A stretch of 64,000 bases of DNA from Antedon mediterranea (GCF_964355755.1 NC_092673.1:14232948-14296947), one strand, 5' to 3'. Numbered from the stretch's first letter, positions 13,296 through 27,046 are shown. Notes: generated from the letters alone by a model not told the origin. A program made the numbers and translations.

Positions 13296-14134
13296 TAATC
13301 GAAATGGTGCATGCAATTCATTTGCCTTTACCAAGAACAGGACCCGCAATGGTCGGAGCAAAGAAAAATGCTGCGTTTTTGTTTGTCGACGAGACAAACA
13401 CAAACTACGAAGAAGAGATGAACCAGATGATGTCTGACGTTGCCATTGCGAGCAGAACCATATACTGTTAACGCAATACAAATGGCAGCGTCAGTATTTG
13501 TTGTGGCTAAACGGCACAATATTTCACCTCAGCAGTTGTCTACAACGCTGTTAAAGAAGCCAGACCACATAAAAAAAAACCAACACCACTCTCACTGAAA
13601 AAAACCAATTGAATAGAAACGATATTCAGTCAATCGGAGGGTGGCTGAATGACGCGGTAAATATACTTTTTTTTTTGCGAGGTAATTGTAGTATTTTAAA
13701 AGTAAAGAGAAAACACGCCTCACCTGGGATTCGAAGCCGGTATCTTTAGTTATCAATGCGAAATTGAACACCTTTGAACACAGAAAAGGCAACTTTTATC
13801 AAGACACGTACCAGATGTTAATTAATAAGAGGTTTTTATCTTGAAAAAAATACCCTCGGCTAAATCAAATTTTGGTGGAATATTTACAGGTATAACGATA
13901 CAGATGCCATCTCCTGAATCCTATTCAATTTTAATACCAATACAGATACCAATTAGTGGACCGCCAACATGATTCATAAAACGTTCGGCAAGAATTTACT
14001 AATTTAATTTATTTTTGCAAGAATTTTTTTTAATAACGACATTTACTAAATTAATGATAGCATATAGTCTACGTATTTGATGAGATTTGTTTAGTAATGA
14101 ATCGATTTTAGTTAAAAGTGAATTGAATTATGAT

Positions 14135-14620
14135 TAAGGTGCCTGACTACCTAAAAAATTATTATTTTTATATTTTCTTTTTATAGTCTTAAAATGTACA
14201 TTGTACAGTATATGTAGTTTAATGTAGAAAAAAAAAAATTCCCCCAAAAAATTTTTTTGTCCCTAAATTTAACGTTATATATCAGAGGTCGCGGAGGTCA
14301 CAAACAGGAAGTAGTTCTTTCATAACAGGAAGTGATTAGGTTATCATATTAAAATTAGGTGAAGGTATATACTGCCCTCTCTTGTTATAATTACTCAGAA
14401 AAGTTTACATGTGCGTTAACAATTTATTCCTATTTCTCACCAAATTTCGACTAAATTTCAAGTAAGTATTCGTTTGACAATGCCTAAAAGGCGTAAATCA
14501 ACTGGATTCAATGGAATTCCATGGCACAAGATGCTTAGAGTAGGACCGGTTACAGACTTATTGATCTCGAGTGCCTGAACGCCGCTTTGAAATGTGCTCA
14601 CAGATGTCAAAAAGATAACT
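14135..14620 (+). mobile_element. Kolobok-like transposon 5' remnant
   Basis: TTAA followed by GGTGCCTGACTAC as a terminus candidate. A fragment from 14480 reads MPKRRKSTGF...TGYRLIDLECLNAALKCAHRC, resembling Kolobok transposase N-termini. Confidence 0.45.
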
Positions 14621-16066
14621 AAAATCATCACATGGATTTTTTTATTTTTATAAGTATATTACTTATATTATATATTATTAATTATAAATATAAAAACCGA
14701 TGAAATTTAAATAAAAGAACGGAAATGCTACTGCAAGTGCATATATTTCAATGGTCAAAGATGTATCAACCAGTTTACAGCATTAGAGTGCGAGGAAATA
14801 GGGTAATTAGTTGTTTTATAATACGTTTACAAACCAAATTACCTCCTAGTGATATCATATGATAACTAAAATTTTTAGTTTTTGGGGTTTTTTCCAGAAT
14901 TAATATTGATGAGATGTCTTGCTTTGAAAAAGATCTACTTATATATTGGGCATGATTTCTGCATCTATCATCACATCAGAAAACACAGAACGGTCAAAAC
15001 AAAAAACAGCTACGAGGAAACATACTTGTGTTCGGTGATTCTACTTTAACAGCAAGAAGATTTGCGGTGAAAAGTTTCTGTACCTGATGGGTAATAGTCG
15101 AGACAAATTTACTAACCTAAAGGCGTGGTATAATACAAATGGATTGATCCAGAGAAGAAAAAAAAGTGGTCAGTTTTTTTGTTGCTTTTTATAGACCGAC
15201 CAGGGAGGTATGCCTCCATGGATTAACTACCTTTTATGTTTCATTATTAACATTCTCAAATTGTTATCAATTGTTTTCTCCAAGTGGGAAACGAAACAAG
15301 AGGACTTTTTCTTTAGACGTTGTGAAGGGTGTTTAACAGGGTTAAGGGTGTAACCTTTATACTAAACTATACCAAATGCATTTGCTTTAATGATGGCATC
15401 TCAGCAAATGAGGAAGACTCTTCTAGAACCTTATCTAGAGGTCAAAGCTAACAGAAAGATTCAACTGAAAACTTTACCCTTTTCCTGATTATGTAACCCA
15501 AGCCACAAGTGTGCGTGTTTGTATCACAATCATCATTCTAACAATAAACATGGCAGCGTCAACATCGTCAAAACGAACGCCTCTTACAATGACCTATTGC
15601 CACATCGTAGACAAATTTGAAAAACGGTCGATAAATCAACCACTCAAAATAAGACACTTTCTAAAAAGTATAATTGTCACAAAGACACAGAAAGCATTGC
15701 TTTGTGAATGCATTCTCAACGACTGCAACTCGTTGACGGAGACAGAGCAAACAAGGATATTGGACTTGTCAAAAGGGGCTTTTTCTTTGCTGTCAGAGGA
15801 CAGGTCGTAATCGACACTGTCAGCAAAAGAATTTCAATGGCAGCAGACACCAAGGTAAACTAAAACGTGCATTTGTTGACAGTATTCATAAATAAGTCAA
15901 TATATAAATGTTATTAAATCATTCAAGAACATTTTGAATCAGAAGGCGGATCCATCCCTGTTCTGTTTTTCTTCAAAAGGCAAACAGTTTTCTGTTGAGA
16001 AATTGAAAGAAAACCTTTAATTCTAATGTCTCCAGAGGATTTACAGTAGATGACCTGCACATCATC

Positions 16067-16297
16067 ATGGACCCCCTTATTCTTCTTGAAAAGAAAATCA
16101 ATCACCTGTGGTTAAATGATAATGAAGGAGTGATATCCGACACATGGTATAAAGGCAACATAAATGAATTTAAGGAAGTGACTGCAGAATTTAAGATTAT
16201 ATATGTGGACACAATAACCAAGGAAGTTGACCATTATTATTTGAATACTGATGAAATTGTTGCAGATATGAAGAGTGGTGATTTAATAGTCATATGA
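16067..16297 (+). pseudogene. Spindlin/Tudor-like C-terminal domain fragment, probably from a TE-encoded protein
   Basis: LLEKKINHLW...WYKGNI...IIY...DMKSGDLIVI fits the Spin/Ssty-like pattern (K.I.H.W...WY.G...GDL.I). Confidence 0.4.
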
Positions 16298-16363
16298 AAA
16301 ATCTAAAACTTTTCAGAACCACCAAATATCCAAAACAGATTTGATTGGTACTTTGTGTCTAAA

Positions 16364-16865
16364 GCCTCATTCGCACTGTACTTAATCCGGTCAAATTTTA
16401 GTGTGAGATCTTACCGAGGTCACAGGTAACATTTTTGGTAACTCTTACCGTTGTTCGCACTTTGATGCATGCAGAAACCGAAAATAACAAGCGCGAAGTT
16501 GACATTTTCACCAAGCAGCTCCTCCTGCGAACACATACATATGATGGCCGAGAAAAGAAAAACAGGAACCGAAAGGAAAACCGGGAAAAAAAATTGGACA
16601 CACGCTGAAACACATGCGTTACTTGAAATCTCGGGTGAAAAGACCCTTCAGGAAGGTTTTGAAAGCATGAAATACAATTCAAGAGTGTGGACCCAGTATA
16701 TGTGAGAGGCTCATCGAAACCTTCCCGGATTGTCAATACAATACCTGGGAATCGAATCGCGATAGAATCGAATATTTGACAAAAAAATATCTGACCGCTA
16801 AGAAAACCAATGACGCAAGTGGACGTGGCTGGGTAACATCGCCGTTTACAAATTAGATGCATATT
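16364..16865 (+). mobile_element. PIF/Harbinger remnant with Myb/SANT-like ORF
   Basis: Harbinger-like terminus (taa)AGCCTCATTCGCACTG, plus ORF KNWTHAETHALLEISGEKTLQEGF...NSRVW (Myb/SANT/trihelix). Confidence 0.65.
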
Positions 16866-17100
16866 ACAGTAACTCTTCTTTTCTGTGTGGAAGTACGATT
16901 ACTATACTTTTATACGGCGGACAGAAGTATACTCCGACTCGGTTTTAATTTATTATATGTCTACTGTCAACTGTTTTTCAATTGATGTAAAATAAGATTC
17001 TTAGTTTATTTTAGTATAGAAAGGATCAGGTTTTATAAACAATTGAGGAGTAACACATCATATTGGAATGTTGACCTTGTTGTCTTTGACCAATTTGGGG

Positions 17101-18488
17101 TACAGTACAGAAAGAAATTACTGCTTCGTAGGTAGATCGTAGGTAGAACGTAGGTCATTGTTCTCTCCTACGATATATTGTTTGTAGCCTACGATGTATT
17201 GTTTGTAGCCTACGATGTATTGTTCTCTCCTACGATGTATTGTTCTCTCCTACCTACGATGTATTGTTTGTAGCCTACGATGTATTGTTATGAAATCTAG
17301 GCTACGCCTCGATCGTAGGGTGGTTCGTAGAAACATGGACAATGCAAACAAACAATGTATTGTTTGCTAATTAAAATCCTACCTAAAGATAGTAGGTCAA
17401 TTTTTGTAGCCGCCCTACGCATCGGTTATCCTAATTTGGACGAAAATCCGCCGACGAAACGACATCGGGCCGGTGGACCTCAGCTCACGTAGAGAGAGTC
17501 GAGGCTAGGCCTAGCCGGTTTCGGCGGCCTACTGTACACTATAAATTATTTATTCCTACCTTGATGGGTTAGCGAATTATAAAAACAACTAGGCTAGGAC
17601 GGACACCAACAAAATATATGCAAAATAAATATATATTCCATATTAAGATTTATTAACATAAATAAATAGGCCTTTTAAAATGATTACGACATGTATAAAG
17701 AAAAAGGCCCGACCAGAATTTGGAGGGGGAAAAACATGTGAGCTGAGCAGCAGTTTAGAGAGAGTATTATGTTTCATGTCATGTGACACAAAATCCAGGT
17801 ACACGATCTTAAATTACTGTTTTCTCGTCGTCAGACGGTAGCTACCCTCTCGTCGAGCTCGTACTGAGTAAAAAAAAACATGTGAGAGATTGCGGTAAGC
17901 AGAGAGTATCGCGTTTCATGCCATGTGACAAAAAAAAAACTAGGTCTGTATTAATTACGGTCTTCTGTCGGCAGTCTTTTTGAGCGACCGATTGAACGTC
18001 CTGATGCTATATTTAGAATGAATTGTTTACGATCTTTTTTTCTCGGCATCGTTTCTGGATGGGACGTTTCGCTATATTATGTTTATTAGTTGGCCTGTTC
18101 GTTGCGGTTCACCTGTGTTGGATCGTGTCTCTCTCTACGTTATACATCGTGGGAAATTTATATTTATATTCGCCGTTGAGTAGGTAAACACGCACGAAGG
18201 AAAATATTACGATTAAAAAATATTATTTATTTTTTATTAATTTACAACTTTGTCCTCCGCCAATTAAATTTAACACATTAATTTCACACCTTACTTCACT
18301 AAGAACATCGTAGGGTTGTTTATTTAGGTTACGAACTCCCTACGAAGTTCAAAACGTAGCTCATTGAAAGTTGTTTATTGAGGTTACGAAGCCAAACAAT
18401 GGAACCTACGAAGCCAACAACGTAGCCTACGTTCTATCTACGAAGCTACTTCGTAGGTAAAGTTGCAGTATTTTCTTTCTGTACTGTA
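17101..18488. mobile_element. Non-autonomous TIR DNA transposon with subterminal motif arrays
   Basis: TACAGTACAGAAAGAAAtTACTGC at 17101 is inverted at the right end (GCAGTAtTTTCTTTCTGTACTGTA, ends 18488). CTACGA/TCGTAG motifs are arrayed at both ends, with a 21-bp tandem repeat at 17168-17290. Confidence 0.8.
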
Positions 18489-18765
18489 GGCCTGTATGGT
18501 TTTTCAATCACAGGCTGATCACTATTAGAATACAAACATCCTACATGTAATTATAAAAATGTAATTTACATAGGCCTACTAGTATTTTTTTCATTCATTT
18601 ATTTATAATTTATAAAAGTGTACCTTAATTTAGCGATTTTAAATAGTGTGTTGCTATTTATTATGTATTCAATTTTTAAACCATATTTAATTCAAACTAT
18701 GTTATTATTTTTAAATTCAATTTTAAATTATTTATTAATGTATTTTATTATCTATTTTTAGCATC

Positions 18766-19330
18766 ATGCCAAAGAGCAAAAAAAAGACAAACCAGCAATC
18801 CGAGGATCTACACTGTATAATACATTTCTTCAACAACGTGAAGGACCATTTCACAAATCTTAACGAAGAAAGGTACAGAAAAGTATGCAAGGTTTGGGAC
18901 ATTAGGGTAAACAATTTTCCGGAGGATTCACCCTATATGTTTAAAGACATATGTTCGAATATCCCAGAAAATTACGACAGTACTATACATGGATATCAAC
19001 GTGCATGTTACACAAAGTTTAAATATTATACACTCTATCCTAATGGTCTGATGATAATTTCAAACCTGAATACTGTATATTATATTTGAATATACACTCA
19101 TCTTGGGCAAATATGATATGATGGCCGGGGATTCTTTCACGTCAAATACATTTTTATGTACCTTGCGCCGAATTGTTTTCGTTTTAAATGAGCCCTAAAT
19201 GCACTCGATGGATCAGAGGACGACCAGGCTAGAGACGAAATACCACATCCTGAAGAAAATGATGAACTTGTGGATGAACTTGCTGGGATTGTTTTTGACG
19301 ACAGAGAATTAACAAATGGAGAATTTGATA
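18766..19330 (+). pseudogene. Possible Academ-type protein N-terminal fragment
   Basis: CIIH...HGYQRACYTKF resembles the H..C...F zinc motif seen at the start of the Academ ORF (HSDCRKAFT, about 48870). It is followed by an acidic tail. Confidence 0.35.
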
Positions 19331-20626
19331 TTTGAATGTTTTCTCTTCTGAAATTAATATCGATATTTGAATTTGTTATGTTTGTTTTCTATTGAAATTA
19401 AAAACAGTTCACAGTTTTCAGTTAAAATTCAGTTTTCCTTGTTTTTTTTAACATGTACAGTAGTTCAGACTCAGATATGGTTACCACAAAGAACATACAT
19501 CAAAGTGATTCATGATAATTTGGCAACGCTTTGTGACGTGTTCAAAATTGTATCTGCTGTCTATTGTAATTCAACCGAAATACACATCATACTTATTATT
19601 TCTTTTCTGTATGCTGTAGTTTCAAACAACATTTCATTAGCCTACAGTACCAGTACCGACCAAGACTAGACTTTATTGCTCGCGTCTAGCATCCAGGTAC
19701 TGTACACAGTAAACAGTGTGTACCGCAGATTAAACGATACACCGCATTCCAAAATCAAGAGACTTTGGAAACGTTATTGCTAATTTTGGCAACGCTTTGA
19801 GTTTGTGATTAATACAGTACTCTTTTACTCTACGGGCCGGACGCGAACCAAAACCGATATTCTTTCTCTATAATCAATCATGCTGGGTGTGCAATTGGCT
19901 ATAAATAGACCTTGGGAAAAAATGCGTGCATTGCCCCGCTTTACTGTTTCCACGCTCTACCGTTGCCATGCGTAGTTTTATTTTTAGAAACTTATTGTTA
20001 TTAAAATGAACTGGTAACCCGCCGCCTGTGACGCATGTTTTGTTTTATAAGTTGACCCTTCGACTCACTGTAGGCCGTATGCTTTGTTACTCGCTAACAG
20101 ATGATTAAAACACGGTTAGATGATACATTAATGACATTTCATTGTAAAATACAGTAATATCTTAGAAATCCACTAATATATGTGCTGTTTTTGATGATCT
20201 GCATTTTTGGATCCTCGGGTATGAGCCCACGCCCCCAAACTTGACAGGAGTTCATGTTCAAGGAGGGTGATAATGTTGCATAATAATTTAATGTAAAATT
20301 CGCAAATTATCTAGATTTTTTAGTCTACATGCTTTCTTAAATTACCTCTTGTGACCTTTACTGATGACCTTTAACAGTGACCTTGACCTCAGATGATGTC
20401 TGTTGAACTTTACGTATTACATAATTAAATATAGTAATTATTATTAATTACAACTTAATAAGCTCATGTGACGTTATATTTAATAATGAAAATACACATA
20501 TACAGTAAATAAATGGTCTAAAAATGCTATATTTTATACTGTAAGTAAGGGACCCATATCTGGTATAATAAAAATTTAAAAGGAATTTGCTCCAACAAAA
20601 GATGTCATTAATAATTATAATATCTC

Positions 20627-20843
20627 TATGGATAAATGACGCGATATACGAATGAAATGTTTTGAATTGAATGCTTCGAATTGAATGCTTTGAATAAAAT
20701 GTTTTGAATGAAATGATTTGAATGAAATGTTTTGAATGAAATGTATCATATATCGCGCCATTCAATTCATATCGATGCATTTCATTCACATAACGCGTCA
20801 TAAAATTCATATCATAGAAATGTTTCGTAAACGGCGTTCCATA
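20627..20843. mobile_element. 217-bp non-autonomous IS3EU-type MITE
   Basis: Ends TATGGA...TCCATA with a perfect 6-bp TSD TATCTC (20621-20626, 20844-20849) and internal GAATGAAATG repeats. Confidence 0.85.
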
Positions 20844-21043
20844 TATCTCCGCTAATGCTGGTCAGATATTTACATAAATTTTGTATTAAAATGATTCATG
20901 CAGTTATGCCTTTCATTTTTAAACATAATTATAAAGACCTGTGAGTGTGAGACACTTCTAATTTTTATGTTTGTAGCTACCATAGTCTCTCTGAAAATAA
21001 AGTTTAAAGAAAAATGCATATCCAAACCGTTAAATGTAAGTGT

Positions 21044-21128
21044 GCCGAATCGTCTCAGTTCAGGGCCGAATCGTCTCAGTTCAGGGCCGAATCGTCTCAG
21101 TTCAGGGCCGAATCGTCCCACTACCATA
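21044..21128. repeat. 21-bp tandem repeat x3.5 ending at a CCATA terminus
   Basis: (gccgaatcgtctcagttcagg)n followed by cccactaccata. This is probably one end of another non-autonomous TIR element. Confidence 0.8.
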
Positions 21129-22982
21129 TAATATAGCCTGGATAGCCGGCCCCGTGAGTATGTTGGATGATGTATTAAAACAATTTTGATTGAGTCAATT
21201 TAAGGGGTGGGTATACGAAACTATATTAGCGCCCAAAAATATAACGTAACTTACCGATTTCAGGTACCTACTAGGCCTAGACTCTAGCTTACCCGATTCA
21301 CCGACACAAAGAAATAAAAGTCCTCCATCTCTCTCTGCTCTGTCTGTCCTGACTGGGCAGCCGCCGCCGGCGGCGCGCGCCTCACAACATAGGCTTAGTC
21401 TCTCTCGCCTAACAGATACTCTACTACTAGGCGCGGCTTAGACTACTCTACTACACAGCGAGGCCATACTACAGTACTGTGTCCATGTTCTGCTGAAAAT
21501 GTTGTGGAAAATCAATGTAAGCATTTCCGTCTAGACAATCTATAATCAAGCTTGAACATTGCATGCAGGAGGAGGTATCCTTCGTGGAATCCCACTTCCT
21601 ACACCATACAACAAGCAAAAGGATCAATTCAAATGCACGCTGGCTGCTCCTGCTGTCGGGTCGGGTATGGAGCGTCAAATTCATGGCGCGCCGCTGGGAA
21701 CAAAGAAAACCGTTTTTCTCTCTTCTTCTATTGGGCTGATCAAAAGTACAAACAGTTTTAAAAATAGAGCTGCTAGGTCCCACTTATTATAAATACAGGA
21801 CCACCCCACCATGGTTGGGATGGAGCTAAGAAAATTTGAAAAATATAGTTGCATGTGTAACGGTGTGTTTGTTTAACATTGTACAAATTTATTGAATTAC
21901 AACATTGAATTACAACAAAGTGCTAAAAGTATTCTACTTATGGTAATTATTCTGGCCTGTTACTCATTTTGTATTTTTCTTGTTATTTCCTTTGTTCTGC
22001 ATTACTATCTCAATATATACACATGTGAATTAACTATAATCTCATTAAGAACTTTTATTAATTGTTGTTAACGCAACTACTAATTTAATGTAATATAGCT
22101 AAATAATTTATTTCCAAGTGAATAATATATTAGATCCAAATCAATGAACAATTAGATAAGATTGCAACAAGCTAAAAATGATGTGTATCAGATAAGGACG
22201 AATGTTACTGTGTGGTAAAACTTTAGATACCAGTGATATTAAGGGTATGTTCAGACCTACGGAGTTATGCTTTCGTATCACAGCCAAGGTCATATTTTAA
22301 TGAGCGTCGTAAGAGCAAAGTGTTCAGATTCATTATTGCAACGAAGTTGCGTTACAAACGGATATGATGTCACTCGCTGGCGATTAACCAAACTCTAACG
22401 CACGTATAGACCTACCTTTGTTGTTATTAAAAGTAGTAGTGGTTTTTTTAGGGTGCTGTGAAAATAAATGTTTAAACTACCAGTATTATTTTGAGGTTTA
22501 AACTATGCTGTGATTGATGAAACACAATATTATTAAAATTTAATATTATAATTATTTACACTTGCCTTTGATTGAGGCTCTTGTAACTCTTTTTCCTCCT
22601 CGATTCCTTTATCCTCTCCAACTACTCTTTCCCCTTCAATTACTTTTTCATTTCCAATTACTGTTTTATCCCCAACTACTCTTTCCCCTTCAATTACTCT
22701 TTCTTCACGGATTACTGCTTCATCCCTGATTACCCTTTTATCTCCGATTCTATATTACTGTTCGTCTGTGTTCTCTACCATTAGGCCTAGTTCCCCTACT
22801 TCAACTACTACTTCTTTTGTAAGTGCTGTCACCTCCGACTCCATTGGATTTTCCGACAGATTCTATTTAAGTTTTAAAAAACATAGTTTGTGTAATGTTT
22901 AATAATCAAAATGTAATTTAAAATTTAATATAAATGTAATAAATATTTTGTGGGATAAAAAATGTATCAACAACAAAGCAAA

Positions 22983-24570
22983 CTAGAATTTAATTCGTCA
23001 CTTTGACGAATTATAGGTGATCATTTTTATCATTTTAATGAAATTAACACTTTTTAAACATGCACGTACGTTAACATGCGATCGTAAAAAGCTGATGTAC
23101 GCCATCCTATGACATGATGCATATACATATATAGTGCTGAGTTGTCCCTATATGTGTCATATACAATATGTACATTATCTGTATATCTATATACAGTGTA
23201 GCAGAGGTGAAATTACGGGACCCACATCATGTTCTATTTTTTTGGTATGATGGAATTATCAAAATAAACTCAAAGATGACAATTTCGAAAGATAATTAAT
23301 TGAGCAAATAAATATAAGGATTGGAAGAGAATTTGACACGTAGAAGCGCAATGCGCGCTCTTTGAAATTTGTATAACTTCGACTAAAGAAATTTAAAAAC
23401 AACATTTTAACTTCAACTAACCATATGATAACATCACAACATTCGATAGGCTTAATTTTTATATGAATTCATATCTACATTTCATCAGCTTTCATAATAA
23501 ATTATAATCATCAAGGTCACATTTAATTCGGAAGAGCTGTAAGATATTCAAATGTATGGTGTAGGTGAAATTACACGACCTACGTTATTCAAGTTTTTAC
23601 GCGTGATGACGTCATCAAAATGAAAATGTTAACAACTCATGAGGAAGATAATTAAATGAGCAATCATATACAAAAAAATTAGCGAAAATCGGGCACAAAA
23701 TAACCGAGATGCGCTCAGTTGAATGTGTAAATCTATGACAAAAGAGAAAAAAAACTAATTTTTAAATTTGAGTGGCCATTTGGTGACCTCACAACATTTT
23801 GTACGTCAAATGTGTACATGAATTTATATCTAGAACCCAATGGCTTCCAGAATAATTTAAAAAAATTGGGGGTCATCGTGCATTCTGAAGAATGATTTTC
23901 ATTTTAAAAATGCCTTATTTTTCATCATTTTCAGCACTTTTATGCAGTTAATGTGCGCATTTTGTCATTTTTAACATGCTCGGATCGTATAGCGTTATTT
24001 TAAGTCAGAACGAACTCAAATTCGGTGAATGTACTAAGGATGGTGAGTAGAATGCGATTTCTACAAAATATTCGTATTTTTACGCTTTTTAAGAATCGCG
24101 CGCTGTAAAACGCATTTTTGCGCAGTAATTTTTTTAAACACGCAAATGGCCTAATTCATGCTCTAAATTGATTAAAACTTAATTTTGAGCTTTTTAAATT
24201 TTGAACGCGCTATTTTACGCACATGACCCTACGTGCGCGTGCGTTTTTACTTGCTAATATTTTTACCCTTGACCTGAAGTTTACGTGTAATAAATTTCAT
24301 TAATATGTGATAATGAATTATGGAGATATGATTGATAATGTGATTTCACAAAATGGCGTATAAATGACGTCACGGTTGAGTGATCACGCTGAAAAGCTTA
24401 TTAGGATTAAGTTAAAGTATTTGGAAGATATTGTAAAATTTTTGTGATCATTGACATTTTACTTTTTGAGATAATTGACACACAAAATCTGTACAGAAAG
24501 AAATAAAGCGGAATAAGATTTCATACAATAACAATAGGTGATCATTTTATTCTAAATGATCACCTAATAA
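22983..24570 (-). mobile_element. Non-autonomous Helitron/Helentron-type element
   Basis: On the minus strand the 3' end is the hairpin AATTCGTCAaagTGACGAATT followed by AAATTCTAG. The 5' end carries the palindrome TAGGTGATCATTT...AAATGATCACCTA, whose arm recurs next to the 3' hairpin. Confidence 0.75.
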
Positions 24571-25435
24571 ACAACTTAATACCAACGTTTTGAATCAAAC
24601 TAAACAAATTGACTGGTTTTGCTAGTGCAGAGTAGCCCCATATGTCATGACATAGGTCATATGCATATTAAAACGTGTTCCTCTTCTCATCAGAAGTCTT
24701 GTGCCTTGAGTTGGTGCGTTTTGTCCACACCAAATTCCTGGCAAAAAAAAAATATTGCAGAAATTAGTTAGTGGGAGTGCTGACAAAGTGCCAGGCAGCG
24801 AGGCAAGCAAAATATTTGTGTGAGGCATGATTTTATCATTTCCAAAAGTGCGAGGCATGTGTGGCATATAGTTTAAAATTTCAAAAAGGTGCGAGGCATA
24901 TCTTAACGTGCTATTATGCTATATTATAGGCATAATAATCAATTATTTATATTTCGATTGTGTTTTTCATTCAAGTCATATCGTGTAAAATTTTACTTTT
25001 ACCCAAACTGTTCAAAAGTTGTGCATCCGCATGCGCCATATTTTAAAAATCAATTTTAATAAAAGAATGACGTTTTACACAGTGAGAGTGTAGGTGAGGC
25101 CTATACTAATATTAATATTACTAGTATTATATAATTATTTTGTTAAAGTTCCGGAAATAGTCTTCTACATCGACCTAATGTTAATAGGCTCGACATCAAG
25201 AGTGCGTTTTAAGTATAATTTGATAATAAATAAATAGTATTTGTAAAAAGGTTCATCTGGATCACTGTATAGTATTTTAAGTAAATTTTCTTCTGGATGA
25301 TCCAAAGTCGAATAAAATTCGTAAACTTACGTTTTTTACTCTAGCTTTCGCTGGCCAACGACGCAGCTTAATCATGAGTGAGTCTCTGTGACTTGGACTT
25401 GTTACCATTAGATCTCGTATATGGTATAGCGCTAT

Positions 25436-25895
25436 GGACAAACACAGTATGTTAAAATATTAAAACGGCTCCTAGATGAAAAGAAAATTACCAATAAAGA
25501 GAAAGCTACTTTATTCCCAACTGAAGAAATCACACCAAGGTTATACTGTTTACCCAAAATCCACAAACCTGATGTTCCACTACGACCTATTGTGGATTGC
25601 ATAAATACCATCTACTATAACTTGGGCAAAAAATTAGCTGAAATCCTCTCTCCGTTGGTAGGCACCTCCTGCCACCATGTCGACAATTCAAAACAACTAG
25701 TTGAGGAACTAATCACGCTTGACATTCCTGAAAATCACACACTTGTCTCGTTTGACGTTGTGTCTCTTTTCACAAAAACCCCCACCAAAGAAGCAATAGA
25801 AATAGTAGAAAGGAGACTTTCACAAGATAAGACACTGAAAAAACGCACAAACATGGTCATTAGAGATATAATAGATTTACTATCACTTGTTATTA
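25436..25895 (+). pseudogene. Penelope-like element reverse transcriptase fragment
   Basis: PRLYCLPKIHKPDVPLRPIV...NSKQLVE...LVSFDVVSLFT is the PLE RT signature. Confidence 0.85.
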
Positions 25896-26221
25896 ATACC
25901 ATACTAATGTGCATGCTTTTAATGTGCGGCGACATACATCCAAATCCTGGTCCGGAACAGTTTACTGTTTGCCATATTATTAACATACGTAGTCTAATCG
26001 TTCCAGGTAAACTAGCTGAAATTCAACACCTAGCAAATTCAAATAACTATGATATTGTTGCTTTAACAGAAACATGGCTAGATCAAACTATCTTGAACCA
26101 TGATGGTAACACAAATAGATTTGGAAAATCATTTTACGAATTTTTACAACAAAACGGTTTAACTCAACACATTAATATGCCAACACGTTGTATAAAAGAC
26201 CAACGGTCTTGTATTGACCAT
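25896..26221 (+). pseudogene. CR1/L2-type ORF2 N-terminal fragment (2A-like peptide plus APE endonuclease pieces)
   Basis: LLMCGDIHPNPGP, NIRSL, DIVALTETWL, QHINMPTR...CIDHI. Confidence 0.75.
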
Positions 26222-26224
26222 ATA

Positions 26225-27046
26225 GGGCCTGTTTCTGCTGCAACTGCTCAAAATACGGTATAAAAATACGGTATAAAATACGGTATTTTTTATACCGTAT
26301 TTTTTAGTACCCCGTTTCTGCTAACAATACTTCTTGGATGGTCGTGTTAAATTTCATCTTTTTTACCCAAATTGCCATTCATTTATTTGATCGATAATTA
26401 AAAGTCGAAATAAAGGAAGTTTTACGTCTGACTTTCAACAGCCTAGCCCTAGTGATAGAGATGTTGTGAGAGCACAGAAAACATCGTAATGGGGACAATT
26501 AATTCGTTCCCTCCCCGAGTTATTGTATTTTGCAATGTTGTACTGCTTTCGCAGGCTCTTCAGCTTTGAGTTTACTTGCTTTGGAGACAAGTTTATTCCA
26601 TACTCCTGCTTTATTTTTTTAGAAATGTCTTTATAAATGTGGTTGTCCCTTTTATTACCTTTTATTTGGTCAGACATTTTAGCTTCCCCACACACATTTA
26701 TTTAGTAAAACTGTGACGTATTCGCTCCACATTTTCGCCGAATATATCTATACATGTGTGTAAAGCAGCTAACAGCGACAGAAAATAAAAACACGAATGG
26801 TGACCTTTTGTCATGTAAAAAAAAATACGGTATTTTTTATTGGCAGCAGAAACGGGTACAAAAAATACGGTATAAATTTGTAAATACCGTATTTTATCCA
26901 CAAATTTTGTGGGGAAAATACGGTATACAAAATACGGTATATTTTTTATGAGCGCAGTTTCTGCTGCCAAAAATATACCGTATATATACGGTATTCAAAA
27001 GATACCGTATAATATACGGTATTTAGTTGGCAGCAGAAACAGGGCC
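26225..27046 (-). mobile_element. Non-autonomous PIF/Harbinger element with Myb/SANT remnant
   Basis: TIRs GGGCCTGTTTCTGCTGC / GCAGCAGAAACAGGGCC with a 3-bp TSD ATA. Minus-strand ORF 26435-26695 (IYKDISKKIK...QVNSKLKSLRKQY...SGRERINCPHYD) is Myb/SANT-like. Many AATACGGTA motifs. Confidence 0.8.

Noticed and set aside
13715-13790. tRNA gene on the minus strand (B-box-like GCTTCGAATCCC)
   Set aside because: No convincing A-box or cloverleaf. At best a decayed tRNA-derived repeat.
21044-21118. CRISPR-like repeat array or RRFGPEL repeat protein
   Set aside because: The 21-bp units are head-to-tail with no spacers, the context is eukaryotic, and the ORFs are by-products of the repeat.
21469-21792. 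Overlapping short ORFs in a GC-richer patch
   Set aside because: No recognisable domain or boundaries.
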